Below, piece by piece: positions 1-12,702 of a stretch of DNA of 64,000 nucleotides (position 1 is the first letter of the stretch; the number at the start of each line of letters is the position of its first letter). Location of the stretch: contig OZ037766.1 of assembly GCA_964035545.1 (NCBI GenBank), forward strand, positions 15,180,722-15,244,721. The letters run 5' to 3'. The position numbers and the translations under genes were made by a program. The stretch comes from Bugula neritina (lineage: Eukaryota > Animalia > Bryozoa). The notes under the pieces were generated by a model that was not told the DNA's origin, made no database searches, and saw only the letters and a list, made by a program, of their open reading frames with translations.

Positions 1-651
1 GCCACTGAAAAAAGGTTAGTATAGACGATTCACAAGCAAAGATGCTTTCAGTTTTCTAAATAATTTTTTATTATGGCGAGGTAATTCTTTATATTTAGCC
101 AAGTGATCAGCATCACCAAATTTTTGAAAGCGGTTGTAAAACTTTCGCTGTTTCTTACATGCCTGTTTGGCTTCATGATTAAACTAGAGAGGCTCATGTA
201 GATTTCTAGACTTGCGTTGTTTAGTTGGGACATATGAATTAACAGGTCTATGTAATTCAGTCTTAAATGTATTCTATATAACATTATTATCATATTTCAA
301 CATTACTTTGTTTTTAATAGTATAAAGCAACTCATCTAGACCAGTTGTAAACCCGCTGAGTTCGATTTTGTAAAATAGCTTGATTGGGGGGGGGGGGGAT
401 AGATGGTTTCTTCTTCTGTTCAACTTCACCAGTCAAGACCGTTTCTCTCATGAAATGGTCGCTAATACCCCGTGTTATTACATTTGTGCTTTGAACTTTG
501 TATGACAAGTCAGTACAGATGAGATCTAATATATTGCCTGCTATGTGCGTAGATTTATGAACAAGTTGTTTCAAATGATTATCATTTAGAAAATTACAAA
601 AGTCAGTATAGTATGTCCTCCAACAAATTGAAAGACCAGTATCTTCCCAAT
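1..651 (-). mobile_element. CR1/L2-group LINE ORF2 remnant, 3' half of APE endonuclease and tether (continues past window start)
   Basis: Minus-strand translation gives WEDTGLS...FCNFLNDNHLKQLVHKSTHIAGNILDLICTD...GISDH (APE C-terminal motifs), then a frameshifted tether (FNHEAKQACKKQRKFYNRF). It joins in frame to the APE half starting at 4603 once the 652-4602 insert is removed. Confidence 0.85.
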
Positions 652-1047
652 AGAGGGGTTTCAGACATCCCTCCAGAGGAATTTGTATTTTAAAGTTGTC
701 TCCCCCTACAGGTATTAGGGGCAGTCTCAATGATATATAGAAGGCCCATAAAATAAGTAGAGATATATGGTTTGAGTGAAGACTACTACTAGTATAAGTT
801 TCATTTTTTCTGAGATTATTATTTTGGCATAGGTACACATATGAGCAGTTTCAGAATTTTTAAAAAAAAATTTGTTAATGATAAATGGCACAGAAAGAAA
901 ACTTCAAAGCATATTTGTGGTTTTGGTTATTGAGCAAATCTGAAGCTGGCAGCTGTCATTATTATTTGCTTTGCTGACTGTAACCAGTCTGGTTAGAGCT
1001 GCTAACCTTTCAACTCTTAGAACAATAATAACATGCTCGTAAACTAT

Positions 1048-2133
1048 CACGGGCTTTCCATGTACCGATCTCAGATCGATCTTGCTGAGATCGATCTGAG
1101 AAATGTGCTCAGATCGATCGTTTTTCCATGGGAGTGTCAGATCGATCTCGCGAAGTTGCCTCCTCCTAAATGAAGAATACTTTAAAAGTATATTTTGTTT
1201 ACCTATTTGAGTGATTAAAGCTACTACTGTTGAAAACAAGATGGTCGTAGTCTAAAATCTAATCCTAGCTATAAACTATACGCAGCAAAGCTTTCAGTGT
1301 ATGGTAAATTGGCCAATTTAAAATAATTAATTTTAATTTTTTAGCTTGACAGCTTATATAGAATTAATGGCTGTCTTGCAGATTATTAATAAACTTACAG
1401 GACTGTTAGGCTTAAAATTACAAAGAAAATAGCTAATGAAACTAAGTTTTAATAGTCATTTAAATTTAATTTAAATTCTCCCATTTTTTTTACCTTCTGC
1501 TGCATGTAATTGAGTTTTCCTAATCATTGTACTGAAAGTCAAAGTTTTGGCATCTGAAAAGGTGGCTATTGTGGTGGTTCGTGGAACTACCAGCAGCACA
1601 ACATGTAGGGTCGCGTAATTGACCCGGAACAATGGATAGCCAATTAGCGTAGTTGATAGTTAGCAGCAATTGTAGTTTCCCGCTGCTAACTCAGTCGAAG
1701 CTAGAGTGTGAAATAGATTAGATGTGTAACTTGTTTGGAAATAATGTATCGTTTTTATAATGTATAGTTGTGTGTAAAATATACTCGTTCACTCGACTTA
1801 TCCTGGTGCAGTTCTATAGTAAATAGATAGACTCTCTGGATAGCACATCAACCCTAAAACTGAAAATCTTAACACTATTATAATTATTAAATACTTTGCT
1901 TAGTAATTATCAATAAGTTATCATTTTTATTAGCAGACAACATTGTAGCGCGCAGTCTTTTTCTACTTCTCAGATCGATCTGGGGTCTTTCCATGGTCTT
2001 ATTGACATGAGATCGATCTGAGTTCGAGCTCCACAGACCGACCAGCTCAGATCGACGGAGATCGATCTTTGGCGTCTTTCCATGAATCGATCTCGCCGAG
2101 ATCGATCTGAGATCGGTACATGGAAAGCCGGTG
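1048..2133. mobile_element. Non-autonomous TIR element, CACTA/EnSpm-like
   Basis: TIRs CACGGGCTTTCCATGTACCGATCTCAGATCGATCT / AGATCGATCTGAGATCGGTACATGGAAAGCCGGTG. 3-bp TSD TAT (1045-1047, 2134-2136), confirmed by the empty site in the opposite arm (~4201-4220). Clusters of palindromic AGATCGATCT subterminal repeats at both ends. Confidence 0.85.
1570..1874. mobile_element. Solo LTR (Gypsy-like)
   Basis: TG...CA termini (TGTGG...TAACA), 305 bp, with 4-bp TSD CTAT at 1566-1569 and 1875-1878. Confidence 0.6.
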
Positions 2134-4602
2134 TATATAGCTGCACTAGTGGGCTCTGTCTTACTGAACTCCAAATGCTCCAAATTATGGGTTGGAACAC
2201 ATGCCTGTACGTTTATGAAGGCACTGGCTCATTTGTATTAACATATTCACGTACTTACACACCTATACTATGAAAATAACTAAGCCACCCTACTATCTAA
2301 TATTTCTATATATCAAAAAAATTATTATAAATATAAAGATATGTATTAAAATAGATAGATTAAATTTGTAATTTCAAACAACATCTTATCTAAAAATGCC
2401 AAACACTGTATAACTATATATATTTTTTAAAAGCATTTGTTTACATGGCATGCCTGCAAGTCAATGAAAATATTTAGAGAACAGTAAAAAGAAGCATATA
2501 AATTTCAGAATAGTTTCTTCTTTTCTGAGATGAATATTTTGGAAATGTCCCACCATTCAACATTTAAATTAAGTCTGTAAAAAAAATTTCACAGTGTATT
2601 TTCAATAAATAACTATTCTTGCAAGCTGTTTGTATACTAACATTCCTAATAAAGAAATGTTTTTGGAGCATTGTAAATTGTATACTGCTGCATTGCAGAA
2701 AAAAAATCATCAAAAAAAGCACTTTTCAGCCAAAGCAACTTATTTTGTTTTCAAAAAAAAGTTGAAATGTACATTTAGTACCAGCTGTAAAGTATAGAAA
2801 GAACGAACTATGTCATAATGACTGCATTCTTATGACACTAATAAAATTAAGATTGGCTTTACTCCATACGGGTCTTGCTCAAAGGTGGAGTTCTAAATAA
2901 TGCTACTAAGTTTCACTAAATTCCCAGATAATACTTTTTATATCAAATCATTTGGCTTTACTGATTTAGCTATATTATGTACATTTTGTACTTATTTATC
3001 TCTAGGTCAGATTTCAGCCATATATTTGACCGCATTGCTATACTTCCTTTGTGCCAGCATTCTCTCCTTTATATCTTTTCTGTGGTTTCTAATAATTTTC
3101 AGTGGTATGTCAATGTAAACTATGTGAACCATCAGGCTATCTCTTATACAATGCATGCTGCTATAAGAATAACAGCAGCTGTTTTGTATTCAATCAACCT
3201 CGTTGCAAGAATTTTGTTTGCTTGAAGCTCTCTGTTGAGTAGCTGTCTCTCTATATTACATAACTGCTTATTCAAGAAAGTGCACGATGAGAACTGTCCA
3301 ACTTTAGCTGTCTAACTTAAATTACATTATATAGGATTACATCACTACATAATAAGCTGATTAAACAACACATATAAATCGGCCAAAAACACTACACACT
3401 TGACTAGCTCTAGTTGAACTCATTTATATTTCGAGTTTTTCACATTACTTGAACATGCTTTAGCCAATTTGTTGCATTATTTTTCATCCATACATGTAAT
3501 ACAAAGATTTAGTATATTATTTTTTAGGTTTGGATTGTCTAATAGGCAGGTATCGCAGATATTTAATCAGACTGCGAAGTTGCTTAGAGAAGCTCTAAAT
3601 CCAATGATAGTATTTTATCAATACACGGAGGTTAATAAAACAATTCCACTTCAATGAACTTTGACCTAGTTAACTAGACCACTGTAAAATGGCATGCCAG
3701 AACAAACACAAACCAGCTTGCAAGAATAATTATTCATTGAAAATACACTGTGAAAAATTCTTTTACAGACTTAATTTAAATGTTGAATTGTGGGACATTT
3801 CCAAAATATTTATCTTAGAAAAGAAGAAACTATTCTGAAATTTATATGCTTCTTTTTACTGTTCTTTAAATATTTTCATCGACTTGCAGGCATGCCATGT
3901 AAACAAATGCTTTTAAAAAATATATATAGTTATACAGTGTTTGGCATTTTTAGATAAGATGTTGTTTGAAATTACAAATTTAATCTATCTATTTTAATAC
4001 ATATCTTTATATTTATAATAATTTTTTTGATATATAGAAATATTAGATAGTCGGGTGGCTTAGTTATTTTCATAGTATAGGTGTGTAAGTACGTGAACAT
4101 GTTAATACAAATGAGCCAGTGCCTTCATAAACGTACAGGCATGTGTTCCAACCCATAATTTGGAGCATTTGGAGTTCAGTAAGACAGAGCCCACTAGTGC
4201 AGCTATATAGTGTACGAGCATGTTATTATTGTTCTAAGAGTTGAAAGGTTAGCAGCTCTAACCAGACTGGTTACAGTCAGCAAAGCAAATAATAATGACA
4301 GCTGCCAGCTTCAGATTTGCTCAATAACCAAAACCACAAATATGCTTTGAAGTTTTCTTTTTGTGCCATTTATCATTAACAAAATTTTTTAAAAAATTTC
4401 TGAAACTGCTCATATGTGTACCTATGCCAAAATATTAATCTCAGAAAAAATGAAACTTATACTAGTAGTAGTCTTCACTCAAACCATACATCTCTACTTA
4501 TTTTATGGGCCTTCTATATATCATTGAGACTGCCCCCAATCCCTGTAGGGGGAGACAACTTTAAAATACAAATTCCTCTGGAGGGATGTCTGAAACCCCT
4601 CT

Positions 4603-5600
4603 ATTGATTCCTGGAAGGTTAAAATTACCGGTTATGAGTTTTCTATTTGTTGAGTATTTAGTGTGAATATTTTTTATGTACTCAAAGAATAAGTTCATGT
4701 CACGTGAAAAAGGGGGTCTATAATAGCAAGAAAGATTGCAATATTCCTTGCTATCCAGTCTAAAACATACTGTGATTGCTTCTGCTTCTGTTTCACACCT
4801 GATTAGCTTATGGGGAATTTCTACATTTATGGCAATCAATACATCACCTCCGTGTGAATCACGATCTTTTCTATATACTATCTTGTCTTTGGGAGAAAAC
4901 AATTGAGAATTCAAAAATGCATTATCTAGGTGTGTTTCAGTAATACAAATGATATCGTATTCAACGGAGAGGGTTTGAATCTCCAATATTTTCTCCCTTA
5001 CTGGTCTCGCATTTACTGTTAATATTCTCCGATTATCATGTGTTACTGTCTTACCTTTATTATCTTCCCGTTTGTTATCTTGTACTTGTTTTCTGGATTT
5101 TTCTGCCTCAATTCTCTCAGCTCGCTTGTCAGTTGAAAATCCTTTTCTTGTTCCTCTTTATTCAAGTCAAGACGAGCAAGGACTCCTTTTATTTTCTAAG
5201 CGTTGATGCGTTTTAAAAATTCCCATTTTTGAACTTCTGAAGCAAGTGTTAGTCTCATGGGTCTAATCTTGTCAACTTTTTTGCCTTAATCTTGTGGCAT
5301 TATCTCTTGATGCGTGAAATCTGAGACTACATGAATCTGAAACTTCTGAAAGTATACCTATGGATTCATTTAAAGTAGTGTCGTGTTCCTCGGAAATTCC
5401 AAAAACTTTGATATTTTTAGCTCTGTTTTCACTAGAAATTTCTGTTTTGATAGATTTAATTTGAACTTCTTGGTTTTTTAGTTGCTTATTTATTGTAGTA
5501 GTGGAATTTTCCAGTTTTGCAACCATCGAAGCAAATGTTTTCTCACTCTGTGTTTATGCTCTTCTTTGGCTCCACTCTTTAAAGGTCTGCGTACCTTGGT
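4603..5600 (-). mobile_element. CR1/L2-group LINE 5' part: ORF1 remnant and APE N-half
   Basis: ORF 4561-4986 has YDIICITETHL, YRKDRDSHGGDV, CYYRPP and LITGNFNLPGIN (APE motifs). ORF 5272-5526 has a coiled coil then NIKVFGISE, typical of CR1-type ORF1. Confidence 0.85.
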
Positions 5601-5719
5601 CTTTTGTGCAACTGATAGTTCGGCTTGTTAACGCGCAATACCTCAATAAACTGCGAGTGTCAAGTTTGCTCTTTTTTGATGATGGCGACTATCACTGTCA
5701 CTGTGAATATTAGTATTAC

Positions 5720-6400
5720 TATGACAGACGTATAACTCATAGATTGCTTTGTTTGGTAATTATATAGTGCTGTATAGTTTTGCTTTTTTCAGTATTTTTC
5801 AGCTTTCAAATGTTTTGTCAGTTTTGAAATGTACTGTATTTACTAAGCTCTGTTTCATTTATTTTGTCTTTGTGGTTGAATGACGATTTATGGTTTCCGT
5901 ATTTTAATTTACACTTCATAGGGTCTTTCACTTATTCCAACGCATGTAGGATCAATAGTGGTTATTAGCAACTTCCACTGTTCCCTGGGAAATGACTCTA
6001 GTTTCTTGGCAGTTTCCTTTTAATGGGAATTTTTTATATCTGCAATTGCAGTTCTTGTTAGTGATTAAGTTTTGTTGTTTTTGTTGTTCTAAGATTTTAA
6101 TGTTATGGGCGTTTATTGCCAGCTTTACATTCAGCATGACATTGCAGCTAGTTTTTATATTGTCTTTCTTATGTTGGGCATACAGCTATAGCAGACTTTC
6201 GCATTATTCTTGTTGATGAATTTTATGAAGTGGGTGATGCTTTGGGAATTATTCACCTACAGTCCTACACACACATATATATACAATTTAAAAAAGATTT
6301 TGCTATTTTTGCAGTTGCATGTTGACTGAAAGTATAAAATTTTATTCAGATCAACTTTGCCGACATTGTGTTGTGCATATTTTTCTGTAGTTCTGGCAAG
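5720..6400 (-). mobile_element. Penelope-like retroelement fragment (GIY-YIG endonuclease region), degraded
   Basis: Minus-strand peptides FPKHHPLHKI, KVCYSC, NCNCRYKKFPLKGNCQETRVISQGTV and HKSSFNHKDKINETELSKY match Penelope-like C-terminal motifs, with frameshifts and stops. Confidence 0.7.
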
Positions 6401-6651
6401 AAAAATGTAGTTTTGGGGGAGGGGTTTTAGTAGGCCTTGAAGATACAGTTTTGGCCTACATGGAGTAGTGTTTAGGAATCTTATAATTTTCTTATTTGCA
6501 TGAATTGTTTTTAATCTCTTTGTCTTAAACATTTTGCATTTATTTTTCTTTATGTTTTTGTCTATTTTGGAGTTTTGTTGGCAATTCCTAAATCATCATA
6601 TCTATAAAAGTTGAAGTTTTCCCAATTTTTCCTTTAATATAATCTAAACTC

Positions 6652-7510
6652 TCATGCTTCAAATCCGTCATAACTTTTCATTCCTACATCAAGTAAGCTA
6701 AAATTATTTTTATTCATGCTTTCATAGTAAGCAAATTGCAAAGGCAATCTTACCCTCTTACTACTACGAGTAGTTTCCTCGTCGCTACCCCTATTTGGGG
6801 ATGCCTCCTCTACACCTGCATTTCGTGCTCCACCATATCTTGTTTTACGCTCAAACTCAGTGCCTACAGTATTACTGGTTTGAACTTTCAGAGTTAGCAT
6901 TATAACTTGAGAGATAGGTTGGCTTCCTTACCAACTCTATTGTGTCTAAAAGTGTTGGAGTATTAATCTCATATCACCTAGCACTATTCACACCTGACTC
7001 TGTACCTAAAATTCAATTATCTGGTTTTAACTGCAGATCTCTAGACAATCCCTTGTCAAGCATGCCAGCCAATAGACGAGTTTTAATCATATTTTGTTTG
7101 ACTACTGTGTCACTGCAACTACACTTGGCTGCCAACTTGCATATTTCCCTAGTAAACTGTTCATTAGTTTCTTTACTAGATTTCAACCTTGAACTGAATA
7201 GCATCCTAAAATGTAGAGTGTTTTCTTGGGGATTAAAATACCCTCCAAAAGCTTCTAGTGTTCTGACATAAATGGTATCTGTCGCCACTGGTGTGCCATT
7301 TTCCACATTTTGATTTCTTATGGTTAATTGACTGTGGGTAGATTCTGCTTCTTCACCCAGATTAAAATATCAATGCACCTGCTGTCTCAGAGTTTTATTA
7401 GTTAATCCCACTTTGCTGTTCTAAATCTTTTCAAAGTGCTGCTTCCACGCACTCCATGTGCTGCTAGCGTTTGAAATGTCCATACCTTCAGGTAGATTAC
7501 TGAGTCTATA
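6652..7510 (-). mobile_element. Ty3/Gypsy LTR retrotransposon remnant (gag plus integrase tail, internal deletion)
   Basis: Gag-like peptides TWSAWKQHF, LGEEAE, FGGYFNPQEN..FSSR...ETNEQF...KLAAKC...MIKTRLLAGMLD..LSRDLQL. Adjacent TTRSSKRVRLPLQFAYYE resembles the pol C-terminal TRSGR motif. Confidence 0.7.
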
Positions 7511-10500
7511 TAATGTTATTTTTAGTTAATGCATAAGTTAGTGCTATCATGTCTGCGGTGTCATGCGATATTTCCGCTTCAACATAGTTCAGATTATTGT
7601 GGCTTTAATTAGCCATTAGGCTTTGCACTTTATTTATCAGAAAGCAATAAAAAGATAACAACAATAGGAAATGCTTGGCATAGTGCGCATTCTCTAACAA
7701 TCTATGACACTCATGTTCTACAGTTTCTTATTTAAATATGCAAATAAAAATTTCCTTCATTTAGGCATTTCCGCAGGTTATAATCACAAGTGCTTTTTCC
7801 AACACACCAACTTTATAAATATTTAATAGAAAACTATAAACTCAGCTACTCATGCATGTATGCCCAATCTGAAACATACTATTGATAGTTTATACATAGC
7901 TTAAGTCCTTAACATAAGCGAAAACCCTCAATGAGAAACAGTGAAGCAAGAAGCAGATTAGCTAATAGAAACAACTAAACCAGACGAGGTGCTGTGATAT
8001 CTTGTTGAAGTTTTGCCTGCTGTCTGTTTGTTTTTCTTTCTGTGAGATACACTTGAAGATGTTTCACAGGTATTTTTATTGTCTCATCTGCGTGCCTTCC
8101 AAATGTTTTCAGTAATTTTGATTAAAGAGATCTTTTTTGAATCTATAGACTTAGAATGATGAACTACTAAGTTAACATAGCTTTTGTTTAAAATTTTGAT
8201 ATGCATGTATATCCTCTTTTAAAACTAGTAAATAAAATGAAGTTCTTTTAATTTTCGAAAAAGTAGTGTCGGTGATAGTAGTTGTGGTTACGAATTTACT
8301 TTCAGCTTCTTTTTCCATTGCTATATATATAGTTTAACATGTGCGTTAAAGCTTGATGAGTTCAATTGATTTTTTTAGTTTTACTAATAAGATGAGGTAT
8401 ATGCATATAAATTGATATTATAATGATGCTCTAAAACAATTAGTTATATAGTGTAAGCTTCCTAAATTACTGAAACAACGGTAAGATTTTTTCTTTCATT
8501 GTGGGCAGATCAGTATTTGAGGAATTTTTACTGGTCCAACTATAGTTGCATTTTAAATTATTATAATATATTATATTTTTATTACTTGTTCAAAACTGTT
8601 AGTTTTATCTGCGTGGATGCATCTTTCTTCATAACAAAATGACTGATTGAGTGAAAAGATATAGGCTAATAGGTTTAATCAAATGCAAGTATATAGCTTT
8701 CATTCTAGTGGTTTTAGGCACTTAAGGATTAAGCAGCTTATATTGAATACTGCTATGTAATGCTAAGCTTATCTTTTAAATTCAAATTTTGTGTCCAAGT
8801 ATTATTGAGTGCCAACTGGTTAAAAATTGTATCTCATATGCTTACAAAACTTTAGGTATCTAGCCATTATTCTTTCTCATATGCTGACAAAACAATCACG
8901 TAGATCTAAAATTTGCTCTCATACCCTCATTATTCATATCCTTAGGTCTATTATTAAGTTTCATACTGCAATTATTCGTTCTCATACTCGTATTTCTCTT
9001 TCTTGTATGCTCATTATTCAGTCCCAAAACTCCCATATCCCTATTATTTGCTCTGTTTTAGTTTAATTATTCATTCTCTTATGCTTATTATTCTCTCTCT
9101 CTCTCATTTCTCTATCTAATCGGTTTTTCAAAAGAGTTATTTGTTTTGACGCATGACAGGCAAGTGTGAGATTCTTTATGCCAAAATGGATATTTTGCTT
9201 TACGTCCCAGTCTAATCTTATATCTCACCAGTTTTTTTCCTTGCTTTTCCTGATCATCTCATTAGTTTGCTTCTGTTGAAATCTTATATATTTAATTAAA
9301 AGCAACTTTTTATAATTTATCTTTATATTAGCTATAGCTAAATTAAATGGACCATAAATGAAAAGTTTCACTGCATTATAGTGATGAATTCTTATAATAC
9401 AAATTAATAAGCTGTTGCTGAATGTTATCTTTATATCAGTTAAAATATTGCAGCCCAACATCACTTTTTTTAAAGATTTTTAATGGCTTATAACAATGGT
9501 CCCAATGTCAGTTCTATAGAACCAAATGTATTATTGTTTTTCTATTTGTCTGTCAAGTTCTTTTCTGCCAAAATGGTCTTTATACTACCTTTTTAGTAGG
9601 TTACAAGTTTTTTTCAAAGATACAAACAAGTTTGGGTTTGATCCCAGCATTTTAAAACCTTTTTGAGAAATCAAAGAAGGAAAAACAGAAAAAATCAAAC
9701 TTTAAATGACAAGCGTTTTGTGAAGTTATAGCAGGGAGAGTAATTTAATAATACTATTACAGCAATGTCAACTTACAGTATTGCATAACACTTATTAATT
9801 TTAGAAAATACATTTGTTTTTATTATATAATGATTCTGCTGGCACTCAACATTTCACATTCTTGAATTTTATAGACTCTCAAAATAACACCTCTGTCTGC
9901 ATGACATGGTTGTCATTGTACGAGTAAAAAACACTTCTTTTGCAATTTTCAACAAATCATAATATTTGCCTTCTCAGCAAACAGAATTACAAATACTATT
10001 ATTTTAGAATATTTAATTTGCAGTATGATACAATGCATTCTTAAATCAAGTGTAAGTATAACAGCTCTGGTATAATGTCAGTGTTACCCAAGAACATGTA
10101 TAAATACAAATTTGTTTTACCTGTAATGCCAGACTCAATTCGCTGAGTTGTATTTCACTACTGTAAAAATAGCAAACTTTTATTTATTTGATGCGCAACT
10201 TTTTCAAGTCTGGCAGTTATATCACATGACACAATTTATATAACATGACATATTATAATATAAAATACGTAGCACCTTTATGGTCACAAGAAAAAGTAGT
10301 CGAAGAAATCTCATGTAGATGAGTATAACCAGCATATAAATGTTTTTATGTTGATATTAATTGTAAAACAAGTCAAGATTGTATCAGTACTTATAGGCAC
10401 ATTTCACTGATTGTATATTTATACAGAGAATAGGTCTATAAACAAGCTCTAATAATCTTGAATCCTTTATCTGAATGGTTAGAGGCTTGTTGTTGAACTA

Positions 10501-10519
10501 AAGCTGCAATTTTAGTAAC

Positions 10520-10660
10520 CTTTCTCAGAACTTAGACTTCTGATTTTCCTGCTCAAATATAAATTACTCATACAGCTGTTCAGCATCCCCACCCATTGCT
10601 TTCAGAGAGGTAGCCTGCTGCACATCACTTTTTTCTATCAGCCCTCTAGCCATTCTATAC
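10520..10660 (-). mobile_element. Short Gypsy gag remnant
   Basis: Minus-strand LYRMARGLIEKSDVQQATSLKAMGGDAEQLYE*FIF resembles a Gypsy gag N-terminus and contains stops. Confidence 0.5.
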
Positions 10661-12702
10661 AATCAGAGGCTTCTTGCTGCAACAAATTTAGTAATTTTTT
10701 CCAAAGCAGCAACAAATCTTTTGAAAATCGTCTCATTCGCCTTGTGCAGGGTAATTAAGCTGTTTGATCAATACCCTTATATACATACACACGCACACAT
10801 GCACACACGAACACATGTACACACACGCACATATATAAGCTCATACATATATATGGTCTTTGCAGTGAAATTTTCCTGCTTAAAATTGTCTTAAAATGAG
10901 TATACATGCATGTCTTTCATTGAAATAAAGGCTTTTTCTAGCTCGTGATTAACAAATTATGAAGCGTCTGGAACATAAATAATAAATATCTGTATGCAAT
11001 TATAAGCAACGGTTCCTTTATTTTGGATTTCTCTAATGGTGAAAGGCGAAAATTTTGATTTCATTTCATTAGCTATATACAGTCTACCATACAATTGTTT
11101 ATAGTTGCTGGTGTGAGTTTTAACATTTGGCATAATGATTTTTTCACCATCCCTTGGGTAGGCTGTTTTTGTTTCCTGCAATACCAGCAAACAACAGCAC
11201 ACTTGCATTCATTCTATGTCCATTTGTTATCTTTGGAACATATCTGGTTTTCGATTTCAGTGGTTTTGCATTAAATCAGCTTTTTGCATGTATGAGATTA
11301 ACCTGCCTTTACAACAGAGAAATCGTTTGGTCCAATTCCACCATATTGCAATGGAGTATGTGCAGGATGAGCTTCCGTTTTCTTTAACCGATTCTTCCTC
11401 TTTATCTTTTTTTTCATAATCAACAAACATTTAGTAAGCTAGCACCATTATTTAAACATACTTAATGTAGTATTATGCTGTAATATATTATAATACTCAG
11501 GATGTAAAAGGTCTCTGCAAATCATAGTTGAGCTATCAACATGTTAATATTATTGAATTTGCAGGAAATGTGCCTGTATAATCTTTTCTTTGAACTTTGC
11601 CTTGACTACACAGAGCTTGCTTCTTAAACCAGAAAACCTCTTTGAAAAAATCTCCAAGTGTGACACAATTATAAGGACGTACTGTAAAAAATAATGATTT
11701 ATATTCGAAATATTTTTCTGGTGAGTTATTGCAAAATGCTAAACTAAAAGTAAAATCATTATGAATAATATATCACTATATTATGTTGCGCATGCAAAGA
11801 TCTGATGGATGTTTCAAATAGTTATGACATAATTTAATCTTACTATTGGTAATAATGAGGAACTATAACTTACTAATACATCTTCACTGCCAGGAGAGTG
11901 AATACCAGCAGAAAACTTAGCTACAGCTTAGTAAAAGCAGCAACGTACATGTATTTATATAACCCATAGTTTTCTTATAAAGTATAAAAAGTTTACGTGT
12001 TGAAGCAACAATAAATAATTGTAGCTTCATGTATACTCAGTAAACACGCAGTTAATGTATCATTGTGTCTTTCATTATGTTATGCTTAATTGTTGACCTT
12101 TTTTACAAAATTTTTGCTCACTTATTGTAATAATATGTATATAAATAAGTATTTAAAATAAAATATGCAAGTAGTTGAGGCACACTAATTTCTTTTCAAA
12201 CAGAGTGTCAGTGCAGTGTTCTTCACTAGAATTGGCTGGTGACAAGGAATTACAGAATTCCTGCTAAATTTAAACAATGGGATAAGATAGCAACACCAAA
12301 GACAAAAGTTAGAGAAAGATCTATAAACCACTAAGTGTTTCATTTAACTAGACACATAATCTTGAAAAGTTGCTGCATCTACATCGTATGGCTTATATGA
12401 ACAAGCTTGCACGGTTGGTGCTGATTAATTTATTTCTATCAAAATTTTTAGACTGAAGCATATAATGTAAAATTATAAAACAATATTTTTGGTACCCAAA
12501 TTATTAGTTTTGATTAACAAATTGAAAATAGATAAGCGCCTAAGGTGCAAAACGTAGTGCAAAATAAATCAAATCTAAATGGTAATATTGCATATAAGAA
12601 CAGTCGATATTGATGGCACATTTAGTTCTATATCAATAGAGTATAACTCTAGTAGCATCTAGCTGCATCTTCCCTTGTAGTCCTTTGCAGCAGCAGTTAA
12701 TT

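Larger units (their letters stand above)
652..4602. mobile_element. Long-TIR (foldback-like) DNA transposon, probably ISL2EU/PIF-Harbinger-related, non-autonomous
   Basis: Termini AGAGGGGTTTCAGAC.../...GTCTGAAACCCCTCT, flanked by AT on both sides (650-651, 4603-4604). Inverted arms of ~890 bp: 652-1047 plus 2137-2633 versus 3708-4602. Internal peptide RFGLSNRQVSQIFNQTAKLL..L.P.I (within ORF 3469-3657) resembles the HTH of ISL2EU/Harbinger transposases. Confidence 0.85.

Noticed and set aside
904-2273. ORFs with repeated IDLRS-like motifs
   Set aside because: These are translations of the palindromic AGATCGATCT subterminal repeats, not a gene.
4416-4607. Duplicated MYLCQN... ORF (also 332-838) as a small gene pair
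   Set aside because: These are read-outs from the two inverted arms; 332-838 is a chimera with the LINE endonuclease.
7559-7709. Candidate LTR (TGTCAT...ATGACA) beside the gag remnant
   Set aside because: No second copy, no clear primer-binding site and no TSD, so too weak to call.
10660-11420. Possible small gene downstream of RNF213
   Set aside because: Short frames have no recognisable domain and I could not build a consistent exon chain.
12429-12434. AATAAA (minus strand) as the RNF213 polyadenylation signal
   Set aside because: The position is plausible, but the hexamer is too common in this AT-rich DNA to call without 3'-end data.
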